This document shows, in pieces, positions 1 through 13,444 of a stretch of DNA of 64,000 nucleotides (the stretch's first letter is position 1; each line of letters starts with the position of its first letter). This stretch comes from Octopus bimaculoides (taxonomy: Eukaryota): NCBI RefSeq assembly GCF_001194135.2, contig NC_068983.1, positions 9,501,804 to 9,565,803 on the forward strand. Reading direction: 5' to 3'. Below the pieces are notes generated by a model. It had not been told where the DNA came from. It did not search any database and saw nothing but the letters and a program-made list of their open reading frames with translations. The position numbers and the translations under genes were made by a program.

Positions 1-99
1 ACATTGTAAATTATACACATATTATATTATACACATATAAAGCTTGAAACACGTGTACCGCGGAATCCTTTGTAGTTTTGTTGTTATTTTTGGGATTTA

Positions 100-133
<34 letters not shown>

Positions 134-137
<4 letters not shown>

Positions 138-299
138 GAGGGCTTCTTTCAGTTTCCGTCTACCAAATCCTCTCACAAGGCTTTGGTCAGTCCGAGGCTA
201 TAGCAGAAGACACTTGCCCAATGTATCACGCAGTGGGACTGAACCCGGAACGATGTGGTTGGTAAGCAAGCTACTAACCACATAGCCACTCCTACGCCT
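134..299 (-). mobile_element. CORE-type tRNA-derived SINE, 5' part
   Basis: Reverse complement gives a tRNA-like head (GGAGTGGCTATGTGGTTAGTAGCTTGC...GGGTTCAGTCCC) followed by TTGGGCAAGTGTCTTCTGCTATAGCC, matching the copy at 16390-16791; it ends in (TA)n. Confidence 0.85.
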
Positions 300-987
300 A
301 CTCCTTCATTTAAGCAAATTACTTTATGTAATCAACAGCTATGCATTGTGGTTATTTCATTCAAAATTAATTCCTCGTTATAGTAACCCATTTATTGGGC
401 ATAGCAAGCAAATCCCAATGAAAACATTCTCTAAAGCGGGTAGGATACACTTATATACAATATAGTTGCATGTAAAAAAAAAAAACGGTCTGGTGTGTGT
501 TGAGAAACTCTGACTCATAAACTCAGCATATTAGATGACCGTTCAGAGTAATCTTTACTGTTATTTCCACTGAGGTTTACGAACGACAAATGACATTCAG
601 CTGTAAGCAACTCCGGCGAGATACAACGTTCACATACTAAAAATTTTATGAGAACTTCATGAGTTTCTTGAACTTACTAAATGATACAAATAATCAGAGC
701 GTGGCGGGAGAGAATGAAGGGGAGAGAGAGGGAAGGGGAGGGGAGAGATTTCCCATGGAGAACCGAATCTGTATCAGAGTGTCAGATTAGTAGTCGTTTA
801 TTTTCTTCTATAGCTTATTTATATGAAATTATGGTGTGTGAATAAGTTGTTCATTTCACAACTTGATTTTCAGTTAATCAAACAGCATGGAAACTTGTAC
901 AAGTGACTTCTTCTTTAGGTCCGGATGTACAAATGCTTTTTTAATGAATCTGATGACGAAATCTCAGCCGAAGAGTCTCTGGTGAAC

Positions 988-1530
988 TATGGCTGGATGG
1001 TTAACAAGATCGTTTCGCAATCACGAGGTCCTGGCTTTGGTCCAACTGCGTCTCACTTTCGACTTGAGTCGTATTCTGTGGTGTCAGCTGACCTTGTTGG
1101 CGCTCCGTCGGTCACGACGACGAGGGTTCCAGTTGATCCGATCAATGGAACAGCCTGCTCGTGAAATTAACGTGCAAGTGGCTGAGCACTCCACAGACAC
1201 GTGCACCCTTAACGTAGTTCTCGGGGATATTCAGCGTGACACAGAGTATGACAAGGCTGGCCCTTTGAATTACAGGTACAGCAGAAACAGGAAGTAAGAG
1301 TGAGAGAAAGCTGTGGCGAAAGAGTACAGCAGGGTTCGCCACCATCCCCTGCCGGAGCACCGTTGAGCTTTAGGTGTTTTCGCTCAATAAACACTCACAA
1401 CGCCCAGTCTGGGAATCGAAACCGCGATCCTATGACCACGAGTACGCTGCCCTAACCACTGGGCCATTGCGCCTCCACATCAGCTGACCTAAACCTTGTG
1501 AATCAAACTGGGTAGACCAAAACAGTATAG
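988..1530 (+). mobile_element. Degenerate CORE-type SINE interrupted by a younger SINE
   Basis: TATGGCTGGATGGTTAACAAG...GGTCCAACTGCG before the 1095-1479 insertion and GACCTAAACCTTGTGAATC...GGTAGACCAAAAC after it align loosely with consecutive parts of the 16390 copy. Confidence 0.5.
1095..1479 (-). mobile_element. Full-length tRNA(Arg)-like SINE (OR1-like family) with 11-bp TSD
   Basis: The head GTGGAGGCGCAATGGCCCAGTGGTTAGGGCAGCG...GGTTTCGATTCCCAG has A and B boxes. The TSD TCAGCTGACCT is at 1084-1094 and 1480-1490. This element explains ORFs 989..1297, 1142..1360 and 1209..1394. Confidence 0.9.
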
Positions 1531-3000
1531 AAGCTCACTGAATGGATTTGTCCTATAACATCGCTTTGTCACACTGCGTCACGCTGATTCCACCTGAGGA
1601 TTATGGTAGGATGGAATTCTCAGCCACTTATACGTAATTGAATGAGGAAAGTAATTCTGTTTATTGAACCACTGAAACTTCATCGTCGAAAACGAGAATC
1701 ATAGATGCGAGCGTACGTACGTGCATGTGTGCATGTGTGTGTATATTCGTTAGTTTCTCACCGTTTGACTAAAGGTGCACGCTCGTTTCCGTTCCTTCAA
1801 GAGACCGATAAGTACCAGATTTAAAATTAGTACTCGGACCTATTCAGTCGATTAAAGTTCTCCAAAACAGTGCCCGATCATAGGTGGGGCTGAAATGGGT
1901 GAAATAAAGAAATAGGAAAACTTAGCAGAAAAGGCTATCTCTAAACAGACTCTTCTTAAATTTATATATCACTCACTCAAAATACAGATGCACTGACGTA
2001 TGCCAATATGTGGCTCTCATTCCTGTTTCGAGAATATCAATTATGTAAAAGGAAACAGCACTTCATATCAATTCCGATTTTCAAATCTTGTTCATCATAT
2101 CCCAGCATGTCGGAATCTACTGATGATAAATGATAGCACAAAAAAAAAATTAACCGAATAATAAATGAAAAATGCTATCATTTATGTTCTGTAAATTGAA
2201 TAATTATAAATTAATAAACCTAGTAAGAAAGATTTTTATATCAGGTTGTTATAATTACCATTGATGATATCAAAAACGGAGTTTTAAATAATTAAATATT
2301 GAAACATTGTTTGCTATTTTCTATCAGTTTAAATTCCGAATTGTCTGTTTAATGATGGATACTGGCGGTTGATTTAACAACAAAATTGGCTGTTTTGAAA
2401 TCACAGACTGGAAATAATGATTTTCGTTGAAATAACAGATATGGGAGATTAACTGGACAAAACGATTCAATTGTGTAAATAAATATAACAAAGAATTTAA
2501 TAGTCTGTAGATTTATAGAATAATACTAAATCATGATATCATGATTTCGTGATTTTATATTAAAAATATATTTTTTTTATTTAATATTGCAACATCTGAA
2601 TACAATGCAATATATATGTATGTATATATGAATACAATTTTATTACAATATAAACGTATCCGATGCAATGGTATGGTAGCTTTTTAAAATGTAATTTAAA
2701 ATAAATCTATAATAGACCAGTTTATTTATATTTAAAAATTATCTATTCTTAAATAGTAATTTCTTTCTACGGAATTGAAAACAGTTCTACACGAAAACAC
2801 GAGAAAACAATACAGGTATATGTATGTGTACGTTTGTGTGTAGTAATGCTTGTTTGTATGCCGTTATATATAAAACAATTTAGCATTAAAGTGAAAGATA
2901 ACTCAAAACATTTTAGTAGAATATATGTTTATTACATTTTTACAAGGAAAAGGATAACAATGACTTCGAAATTTAGCTTGCGCGCTTTCGTTGATAATAT

Positions 3001-3058
<58 letters not shown>

Positions 3059-3059
<1 letters not shown>

Positions 3060-3380
3060 TACTCTTTTACTTGTTTCAGTCATTTGACTGCAGCCATGCT
3101 GGAGCACCGCCTTTAGTCGAGCAAATCGACCCCGGGACTTATTCTTTGTAAGCCTAGTACTTATTCTATCGGTCTCTTTTTGCCGAACCGCTGACGGGGA
3201 CATAAACACACCAGCGTCGGTTATCAAGCAATGCTAGGAGGACAAACACAGACACACAAACATATACACACACATATATATATACATATATACGACGGGC
3301 TTCTTTCAGTTTCCGTCTACCAACTCCACTCACAAGGCTTTGGTCGGCCCGAGGCTATAGTAGAAGACACTTGCCCAAGT
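3059..3380 (-). mobile_element. CORE-type SINE, 5'-truncated
   Basis: Near-identical in reverse to the body and tail of 16390-16791 (GAGACCGATAGAATAAGTACTAGGCTTACAAAGAATAAGTCC...GAAACAAGTAAAAGAG). Confidence 0.9.
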
Positions 3381-3381
3381 G

Positions 3382-3413
<32 letters not shown>

Positions 3414-4591
3414 GCAAATGAGAAAGCGAAGAGGAAATATACGAGAATTTAATATTAATCACGACAATTGTTTCGATACGTCTAGCATCGATCACTCATG
3501 TTGGGACACTCAACAACTGGGTCAGGAGCATCTGGTGGAGCAGATGTGTCTCATCGGGTGATAAATACAACTCGTTAAAATAACAGTTCTGCAATGTAAC
3601 TTCTCGATTTGTAGAAAGAAAAGCAGCCAGACGGAGGAAATATGTTCATTTATATAGATGATCAAAAGGAAAATCACAGATGGAAAAAAGAGAAACGAAC
3701 ACACAATCCAGTGAGAAAAGTATTAAATATATATATATTTATATGTATATAAGTTGGGGTGTACTTCAAATTACACTTCTAACCCTTGAAAAATGAAGAT
3801 ACATATGAGTAATATATTCCATAGTACACTATGCACAGGGCCGGTGCTAAGAAGTGCGGAGCCCAATTAGAAAATTGTCAGTGAGGTCCTATACTCTGCA
3901 AAAGTTGAAGATTGATATTTTATGCTTCGTGTGATACGGCAGACCCAGCTAAAAATGGTATAATAAGAATTCGTTATAGCGTCCTCCTCCCGGGCGTGTA
4001 CACGGGGTCTTCTCTTGGTGCGGACGGCTGTTTGAAAAAGGAAACTGGCTGCGTGAACATGTGTGGGATATTTTTGATCATAGATCAGCTCGATCGGATT
4101 AACATGGGGCTATACAACAATAAATATACATTATCAAACTTCCGCAGAATACTGAATTTACCGAATGATCGGCCGATACATAATCCATTACGTTAGACAT
4201 TTAATTATAATTCCTCCGAATTCATTAACAATCGTCTAAGACTCAATTGGGTCGTCTGCTTTTGACGGGACATCAGATGCAGAGAGATTTAAGACTAAGA
4301 CTTTATTCTAGATTAAGAAATCCATGAACACTGTTGATTATTGTCACTGACACTAACAGGTAGAAAGTATAGAGAAACAACAACAGTAACAACATCTATT
4401 TTTCTAAGAACTAATTTACTTTGAGATTCTCTTAATAGATTCAACAGCTCAGAGGGAAGTAGTTTATTGATTACACAATTTGTTCGCATACATTGATTAT
4501 TTCGTAATATAAGAGAACATGCACTCAAGTGCATTCAACCAGATATTCGTCTCCACTTTGTTAGTATTTGCTTCATCACTGATCCTTTCGA

Positions 4592-4657
4592 CTTGCTGCT
4601 GCGTTTGCTGCTGCTGCTGTTGCAGCAACAGCAGCAGCAGCAACAGCAACAGCAGCG
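4592..4657. repeat. Adjacent (CTG)n and (CAG/CAA)n trinucleotide tracts forming an inverted repeat
   Basis: TTGCTGCTGCTGCTGTTGC-A-GCAACAGCAGCAGCAGCAA has 19-bp perfect arms. Confidence 0.85.
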
Positions 4658-4874
4658 GTAGAAGTAGACGCAATGCTTCAGTCTATATAGATTAAATAAA
4701 GGCACTAATCAAGCAAACACTACGGATGTTGCAGATTGCATTATGTGATATATCAAACAGTCCTGAGTGAACATTGAGCACACAGATGGGGAGAGACAGA
4801 GAGAGAGATATGGAGAGAGAGAGTGAGAAAGAAAGTGAGATAGAGAGAGAAAGTGATAGAGAGAGAGAGAGAGA

Positions 4875-4906
<32 letters not shown>

Positions 4907-5249
4907 NNNNNNNNNNNNNNNNNNNNNNNNNNNNNNNNNNNNNNNNNNNNNNNNNNNNNNNNNNNNNNNNAGAGAGAGAGAGAGAGAGCTGGGAAGAAAG
5001 AATACCAACTGCTTGATGCATCATTCGTTAGATTTCTGACTCGTCTATGATTAATTGAAGCTTATCAAATATTCTGGTTACAAACATGCACGCACACACA
5101 CACACACATACACACACACGCACACACACACACACACATACACACACACATACACATACACACACGTGTTCACACACGCGAACGACACCCCCACACAGAG
5201 ATATATATTTTAAAATCTATATATGTATGCACATCCTTCTGTGTATCTA

Positions 5250-5356
<107 letters not shown>

Positions 5357-6108
5357 TATAATATGTATGTACGTATGTATGTAAACACGTCATTGGTGTA
5401 CATAAAGAGACCGATGACAATTGGTAAATCGTACGTGTTGTTGATGAGGAGGATAATGAGATGGGGATGGAAGAGGATGAGGTGATGATATTAAATATGA
5501 TGACGACGAGTACGGCGACCGGGAAGAGTCGGGGGTGGAAATATGGTTGAAAAGGCAGGTAGATGAATCGTTAATAATTGAAGGTTACTTGGAGAAGCAT
5601 GATTAATACGAGCGAGAGATATAAGGATTAAATGAAAATCAATTCATTTCAAAAACATATACATTCAAACAGACACACATACACGCCTACGCATATATAC
5701 ACATACATATACAAATTCAGATATTATATATAAATTTATGTGTGTGTATGTGTGTGTGCATGTACGTGCGTGAGCGCACACTTGTGCGTGTACATAGGAT
5801 AAAATTATAAACAAGCAAACTGGTAGAAGCTTAAATTATGACAGCTTTGAATACAATGGTTGGGTTTTTTACATGAATGGAGATCGCTTTCATACTTCCT
5901 TTCTCCCTATCGTCTATACTCATGTAAAACACCAGCGATCATGTTTAAAGGTAAAAGTGCCATGATTTAACCGGGCACCAGCTGTTTTGCCTATATATAA
6001 TTTCATCCTATTACACACATACTAGTTCAATTGATAAACTCCCTATAGCCAACAATAACATGTGCGTGTATGCATACATATAAATATATATACTGATATA
6101 TATACTGA

Positions 6109-6152
<44 letters not shown>

Positions 6153-7255
6153 NNNNNNNNNNNNNNNNNNNNNNNNNNNNNNNNNNNNNNNNNNNNNNNN
6201 NNNNNNNNNNNNNNNNNNNNNNNNNNNNNNNNNNNNNNNNNNNNNNNNNNNNNNNNNNNNNNNNNNNNNNNNNNNNNNNNNNNNNNNNNNNNNNNNNNNN
6301 NNNNNNNNNNNNNNNNNNNNNNNNNNNNNNNNNNNNNNNNNNNNNNNNNNNNNNNNNNNNNNNNNNNNNNNNNNNNNNNNNNNNNNNNNNNNNNNNNNNN
6401 NNNNNNNNNNNNNNNNNNNNNNNNNNNNNNNNNNNNNNNNNNNNNNNNNNNNNNNNNNNNNNNNNNNNNNNNNNNNNNNNNNNNNNNNNNNNNNNNNNNN
6501 NNNNNNNNNNNNNNNNNNNNNNNNNNNNNNNNNNNNNNNNNNNNNNNNNNNNNNNNNNNNNNNNNNNNNNNNNNNNNNNNNNNNNNNNNNNNNNNNNNNN
6601 NNNNNNNNNNNNNNNNNNNNNNNNNNNNNNNNNNNNNNNNNNNNNNNNNNNNNNNNNNNNNNNNNNNNNNNNNNNNNNNNNNNNNNNNNNNNNNNNNNNN
6701 NNNNNNNNNNNNNNNNNNNNNNNNNNNNNNNNNNNNNNNNNNNNNNNNNNNNNNNNNNNNNNNNNNNNNNNNNNNNNNNNNNNNNNNNNNNNNNNNNNNN
6801 NNNNNNNNNNNNNNNNNNNNNNNNNNNNNNNNNNNNNNNNNNNNNNNNNNNNNNNNNNNNNNNNNNNNNNNNNNNNNNNNNNNNNNNNNNNNNNNNNNNN
6901 NNNNNNNNNNNNNNNNNNNNNNNNNNNNNNNNNNNNNNNNNNNNNNNNNNNNNNNNNNNNNNNNNNNNNNNNNNNNNNNNNNNNNNNNNNNATAATGGGT
7001 ATATATCAATTAGTGCTTTAAGCTAAGCACGTTTATTGTTTATACAAATATACATATGTATATATATGTTCATGTATATGTATGTGTGCATATATATAAA
7101 CATGTATATATGCACACATATAGAGGGTGTATCATACAAACAGAAAAAATAAGGCCTAGAAACAAAACAACGTTCCCTAGATACTTATTACAGTAATACA
7201 CTGAATGTCCTATAAATACCAGAATAGCCTAACTCAGTTCAAATACACACTTCTG

Positions 7256-7292
<37 letters not shown>

Positions 7293-7621
7293 ACGCCAAA
7301 TCGTCAATATTTAAGATCGAATGTTTAACATTTAAAGGCCTGTATTCGAAATTCTGAAATTTGTCTTCGTCATATTGAATATCAGAGTGTTTCCGCGTTA
7401 ATATCAATTTCCATTGAAAGTACCTGAGGAAGTTCAATTTTCGGCAATCGGATACAAAACTCACATTTGCTTTAAAATTTTAAATCATTGCATATTACAT
7501 CTGCTTTACCATGCTGCTTAGCAAGCTGTTTCCATTGGAAAAGAAATCGGTTTTACATATAAAACCGGTGGCTTATATCATATTCCAGTTGTTCTTTCTT
7601 TCTTCTTCTTTATTATCGTCG

Positions 7622-7667
<46 letters not shown>

Positions 7668-7693
7668 ATTATCATCACTTCTATTATTGATGG

Positions 7694-7732
<39 letters not shown>

Positions 7733-7733
<1 letters not shown>

Positions 7734-7802
7734 AGCACATACCCAAGGCACACAGAGCTGCGCTCGGTAGTGAAGTGAAAGCGCGCTATAAAAATAAAGC
7801 TA

Positions 7803-7805
<3 letters not shown>
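7733..7805 (+). mobile_element. Short TAA-tailed LINE 3' end (probably R4/Dong-like)
   Basis: A 73-bp non-simple segment between (GAT)n and a long (TAA)n, ending ...AAAAATAAAGCTACTG-AATAATAAT. The family assignment is from recall and context only. Confidence 0.45.
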
Positions 7806-7866
<61 letters not shown>

Positions 7867-7878
7867 GTAGTAATAATA

Positions 7879-7943
<65 letters not shown>
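7806..7943 (+). repeat. (TAA)n microsatellite, target/tail of R4/Dong-like LINEs
   Basis: About 45 TAA units with a few TAG variants, read directly. Confidence 0.95.
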
Positions 7944-7944
<1 letters not shown>

Positions 7945-8467
7945 CGAATAGGCAAGACATCATATTAAAAGACTTCAGACAAAAATTATGCCTCCTCATT
8001 GATATGACTGTCCCAATCGATATAAACGTATCTGTCAAGACCTACCAAAAACTGAGCAAGTATAAAGATCTTGAAATAGAAATTAGCGAAATGTGGAACC
8101 TGAAGACTAAAACAATACCTGTTGTCATAGGTGCATTAGGAATGACAGCAAAAGGGGCTGATTTCTACCTAGCTCATATATCAGGAAACCCCAAAATGGC
8201 AGAAATTCAAAATATAGTGCTCATGGGAACTGCCCATATCCTACGTAAAATACTGTCTATGTAATCTCTAATTTTAAAACAAACACATGATTTCCTTATG
8301 GTTTCTTAAACATTCTCTAGAACAGCATTATGTACAAAACCAAATATATTGTACGCTGAGCATAACACCAACATGAACTTCTAACTTGTTGTCTCTTGAG
8401 GTCTCTGGGTGAGACGTGGAGCCAACTTCTACAAGTACAATGCAAAATTCAAACATAAAATAATAAT
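7944..8467 (+). mobile_element. 5'-truncated R4/Dong-clade non-LTR retrotransposon: REL-endonuclease C-terminus (7944-8264) plus 3' UTR
   Basis: In-frame ANRQDIILKDFRQKLCLLIDMTVPIDINVSVKTYQKLSKYKDLEIEISEMWNLKTKTIPVVIGALG...LMGTAHILRKILSM* matches the (N)RPD..D..P..K..KY.DL REL motif. It starts within (TAA)n and ends in AATAATAAT. Confidence 0.85.
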
Positions 8468-9094
8468 GTATTGGTTGTTGCGGAAAAGTGTTTAACATAT
8501 TCTAATACTGTCATTTAGTTTCTTAATATTTTTCTTCGTGTAATCGGTTTCTTTGTAATATATGAAAATTTAATGCTAAAATTTATATTTCCATACGATC
8601 ACGATTCCAATTAAATCACTGTTTCAACTATATTTCTTAAATGATATTAAACAGTTTTATTTAAGTGAATTCCTCCTTCTGTATTTTGTTCTCCGTCTTC
8701 TTTTATTTATTTATTTTTTGTCCATCCATACATTATTTAAATGAAAAGTGACTGAAAGAGTCATAATAATGATAAAGTCACAAGAAATGCAACAATGAAA
8801 CTAGAAAAGAGTTTATAATCTTACTGAAGAAGCGCAGGCGTGAGATTGTTGTAATATGTCTGCTTGCCAACGACATGGTTCGCGGTTCAATTTCGCTGCG
8901 CACTGTCCATGGCAGGTACGTTTTTGTGTAAGCCCTAGCCAACCAAAGCTATGAAAGAAGCTTGTTGATTGCGAGTGTGTGTGCGTGTGTGTATCCATAT
9001 GCCTTTGCGGTTGTACCCCGCCACTGCTGTAGTTTTGTTTACGTCCCCAAAAGATGGCTCAGGAAATAGGAACTGAATAAATACCAGACATTAA

Positions 9095-9323
9095 GGCGGC
9101 GAGCTGGCAGAAACGTTAGCACGCCGGGCAAAATGCTTAACGGTATTTCGTCTGTTTTTACACTGAGTTCAAATTCCGCCCAGGTCGACTTTGCCTTTCA
9201 TCCTTTCGGGGTCGATAAATTAAGTACCAGTTATGCACTGGAGTCGATATAATCGACTTAATCCCTTTGTCTGTCCTTGTTTGTCCCCTCTATGTTTAGC
9301 CCCTTAAGGGCAATAAAGAAATA
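9095..9323 (+). mobile_element. Full-length OK-like SINE (B-tail), nested in a decayed CORE-type SINE
   Basis: Head GGCGGCGAGCTGGCAGAAACGTTAG...GAGTTCAAATTCC; body GCCTTTCATCCTTTCGGGGTCGATAAATTAAGTACCAG; tail CAATAAAGAAATA. The TSD AGAC(A/G)TTAA is at 9086-9094 and 9324-9332. Confidence 0.9.
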
Positions 9324-10066
9324 AGACGTTAAAAAGTAAGTACCGGGACTGACTTTGCCTAAACGTTTCAAGGTGTTGATCCAGTTAGGTTGCAGTCCAA
9401 TAAGTGAAACAAAACAGACATGAAAGTTAAATGCAAAACTCTTAAATCTGGACGAACGAGAGTGGAATGCATTCTAACATATGCAGATACATGGTAGTAA
9501 AGAAAAGTGTGAGTGAAGAGTCTCTCCTGAGTATGTATGTACATGTGGGGAATGAAGTTGCTTTTGTTTTTTACGCGGCGTGTCATATAGTTATTTATTA
9601 TATTTCTATACGCTTCATATACGCAGATTGTGTACTGTTGCAAAATAATGAAACAAAACCCCTTTTCTTTTCGCCAGACGTCACGTTCTTTCGTCAGTTT
9701 ACAACACAATTTGTCAGAGAATTATTTCCACTCCAACTGGAATATAACGTTACATTTCTACGAATAATTATTGAAGCACTTGGACGCGTGACTTACTACG
9801 TCAGCACCAATCTTCAAGATTTGGATTGTTTTAAAGCCGAAAGAACAGGCTCAAGCAAGAGATTACAGCGATAATCTATCACAATATTCATACGCGTGTA
9901 TTTGCACAATATGTATGGCCGTGTAAATGAATTCATACATATAAGTATATACAGCTAAGTGTTTAATAGGTGCGAAACCAATGATCACTCTCCGTCCCTC
10001 CATAACAAAATACTTTCTATGTGTACGTATGTAAGTTTGAATATATGTATGTATGTGCGTATATAT

Positions 10067-10099
<33 letters not shown>

Positions 10100-10572
10100 N
10101 NNNNNNNNNNNNNNNNNNNNNNNNNNNNNNNNNNNNNNNNNNNNNNNNNNNNNNNNNNNNNNNNNNNNNNNNNNNNNNNNNNNNNNNNNNNNNNNNNNNN
10201 NNNNNNNNNNNNNNNNNNNNNNNNNNNNNNNNNNNNNNNNNNNNNNNNNNNNNNNNNNNNNNNNNNNNNNNNNNNNNNNNNNNNNNNNNNNNNNNATCTT
10301 AGGGAATAATAAGTATTCCAGGTTATCAGGACATTTACTATTTTACACTTTACTAATGCAATGTAAACAGTATCATTTATAATATAATTAAAATTTCGGA
10401 TTTTACGAATATAACCGCAACTCCTATTTCAGGATAACCTTATTGTGTGGAATACACATAGAAAGATATATCCAATAAAATAATATAAGCATCTAAAAAA
10501 TCTTCTATAAAATACAATAAAATTATTTTAAAATATATATATACGTACATATATACACACACACATATATGC

Positions 10573-10613
<41 letters not shown>

Positions 10614-11213
10614 TACATATAAAAGTTATTCGTATTTATGTCACCATATGAAGTCTTTATCCACTAGTCCAAGGAATATCCTTCTCCCGCAGGTCTTGAC
10701 GTTGAGACAGTAGGGTGATGCAAACCAAGTTACTTTATGGTGGTGCTTCATTTTGTGGGTGTTAGGACCCGTCTTGTAAGAGAAGCGGATCTAAAACACA
10801 GTGGACACGGAATCTCAGCTGCGGTGTCGAAAATGTTGTTACTCGAGGACAGGTTCGAAACCTATCATAAGAAATGGTTGAAATTAGACAGAAGTATTTC
10901 GCTTCTGTGTGATACGTTATCCGTATGATCGAATGCTCTTCATAAATTGGATTTGTAATTTGCCGTCATCGATTATCGATCGCACAATCGTACGTAACTG
11001 ATGTTAATTAAATGGAAAACCATATTCATACTTCAAGTTTTTTTTCTTCGCATAATAGATGCGCCTTAGATATTACGATGTATTTCTTTACTGCTCGCAC
11101 AAAACCCGACGGGGTCACGCAGTAGAAGGAGTTTGAACTCATTAGTATGAAAGGCCGCAACCATATCGGTGATTTTTCGTGCACGTAGCACTTCCATTTT
11201 GATATATTTGTAA

Positions 11214-11924
11214 TTTGTGTAAAGGGCCTGATATGTATATTAAAGTAATACCTCAGAAATATTGGAGATATGAGCAAACCCATCTTTGCTCTGTGCATTA
11301 TCCATTGCGTCAGCATACTATGCTTGACTGAATGTGTTTCATGTATGTTCTCTTCCTTTCTTTGATTATATGAATTCTTCCTCTGATGAAGGAGCTGGTT
11401 TTTAACAATGATACAAAGGTCCATCTTTGGAATGTAGATAAGAAAAACAACGTCACTTTTTAAACTTCAGAAAAGTCTTACATATTTTTACTGTCCCACT
11501 TACAGATTGCATTTGTAATGCTCGAGTTAGGTGCTTGATTTCTTGTTCTGAAAACCCAAGGTAATCACAAAACCAACTATACCAATTATTATTAGTATAA
11601 ATGCAAATGTGTATTCTGGATGTATAAGCTGGAGTTTTGGAAGATGCTATCATATATATATTCAATAATAGGTGTATTCTATATATTTTAGTTAGTCTTG
11701 TTATATGCATATATATATATATATATAAAGCAAATAAATAACAAGGATGGCCAGGTAATTAGTGCATCACAGCCGTTTCAGGCGGCTCCATTTAATAGAA
11801 CAATGCAAGCATTACATCAATTTGAAATAGACCGCCATCTTCAGTTGCAAAAATACACATTTTCAACAGACAGGCTATTCTATTATAATTGTTAGCAAAT
11901 ATTTCGTCAGACCTATCTATCAAC

Positions 11925-11989
<65 letters not shown>

Positions 11990-12313
11990 GAGAGACAGAC
12001 AGACAGACAGACAGAAGACCACCCTGCTGATGTATAAATCAACATGAAATGCCCTCGTTTCTAGACTAGAAACCGGCTCTTTTTCTTATTGGTGAGATTT
12101 TCGAAATATAACCCTATAAAACATGCATACATACTCTTATATATGCATACGTACAAACGTAGATACATAACTATATACATACATGCATACATACATAGAC
12201 GCATGCTTAGTATATTGACGTAATTGACAAAACATAGAGTAACCAGAGTTTCCTCACGACTCCAATATGTCTGAGGTATTACTTTAATATAAATATCAGC
12301 CCCATTAAACAAA
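11214..12313. repeat. Diverged ~110-bp inverted repeat (arms 11214-11325 and ~12203-12313)
   Basis: The first 54 nt of the arms differ at 5 positions and include a perfect 22-mer, TATATTAAAGTAATACCTCAGA; similarity continues with more mismatches to about 110 nt. Confidence 0.85.
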
Positions 12314-13079
12314 GCGAATGTTAATAAATTACAAATAATTACTCATGAAATTGGCTTGGAGATCAGAATATTGCATTTTATTTTTATGTAGTTTATCACA
12401 AACAGTAATGAAATATAATATACGCGCCGGGAATTTATATGTAAAATCGAACATTCTATTTGAATAGAAATCTACGTAATATATATAATTGGAATGTGTA
12501 CACATCTACGCAAGTATGTGTGTGTACATACACACACGCATATAGATATATAATATGCATACGTATGTGTATANNNNNNNNNNTATATATATATGATGGA
12601 GAAAGAGTGAGTAATATGTACGTACATAAATATGCACTTACGCATATGTACCTAGGCGTCATCACCCTATCATTATTTCTATTATGTGTGTGTGATTTTG
12701 TTGAGGACTATATTGATTTTGGTGTTGTTTGTTATATGTTAATGCTATATGCCCATATATCGTTACATGCTACAGATGTGTGATTGCGTATAAAGAAAAG
12801 TACAATTAACAAGTATAAAAAAAATTAGGTATTGATATACATTTTTTTTTTCTTGAAATTTTCATCCTGAAGATATTGATAATATATACATATGTAAGAA
12901 AATTATAGAGTAAACGCACCAACGGATATGTTATAATAAATATGGCGTATAAATGAAAGTAAAACGATCTATTAATGGCTTCCATTTTAAACATTAAATT
13001 TCCTTTCCGATCAAATAGAAGGAATTAAAAAGAGCGAAAGGAGTTGAAAGACACGTTAGGATATAGCATAGTAAATAAC

Positions 13080-13138
<59 letters not shown>

Positions 13139-13444
13139 TACATACAGAATTAATAATAATGATTAGTATATTTTTATTCATATACACAATTTTTTCGGGG
13201 TTTTTGTTTTGGTGTGTATTTTTTTAAGGACTACAAATTGTACATTTGCCTTTGAGTAAAGTAGTAAAAGAAACTGCACAGAGTAGAAGAAGAAAAAACA
13301 ATTACATATTGCTTGGTCAGTTTGAACACACAGTGTCAAAGATTGGGCGTCGTTCATATTTTGTACACATGCACAATCTTATTTATCGCTAAATCACAAA
13401 CACCGAGATAGCAGCAGGACCCGTGGACTCTATGGAACTTGTGT

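Noticed and set aside
925-1394. Four overlapping ORFs of 61-102 aa
   Set aside because: They are translations of nested SINEs, with a TSD-bounded element at 1095-1479.
6011-7021. Long ORFs spanning N-runs (also at 19.4, 25.4, 27.4, 35.1, 47.7, 50.9 and 61.7 kb)
   Set aside because: They are open only because N and (TA)/(CA) repeats lack stops.
9467-9874. 135-aa plus-strand ORF in unique sequence
   Set aside because: No recognisable motif and no convincing acceptor/donor pair; such a length is attainable by chance.
11026-11424. 132-aa minus-strand ORF
   Set aside because: No recognisable domain; it overlaps the inverted-repeat arm.
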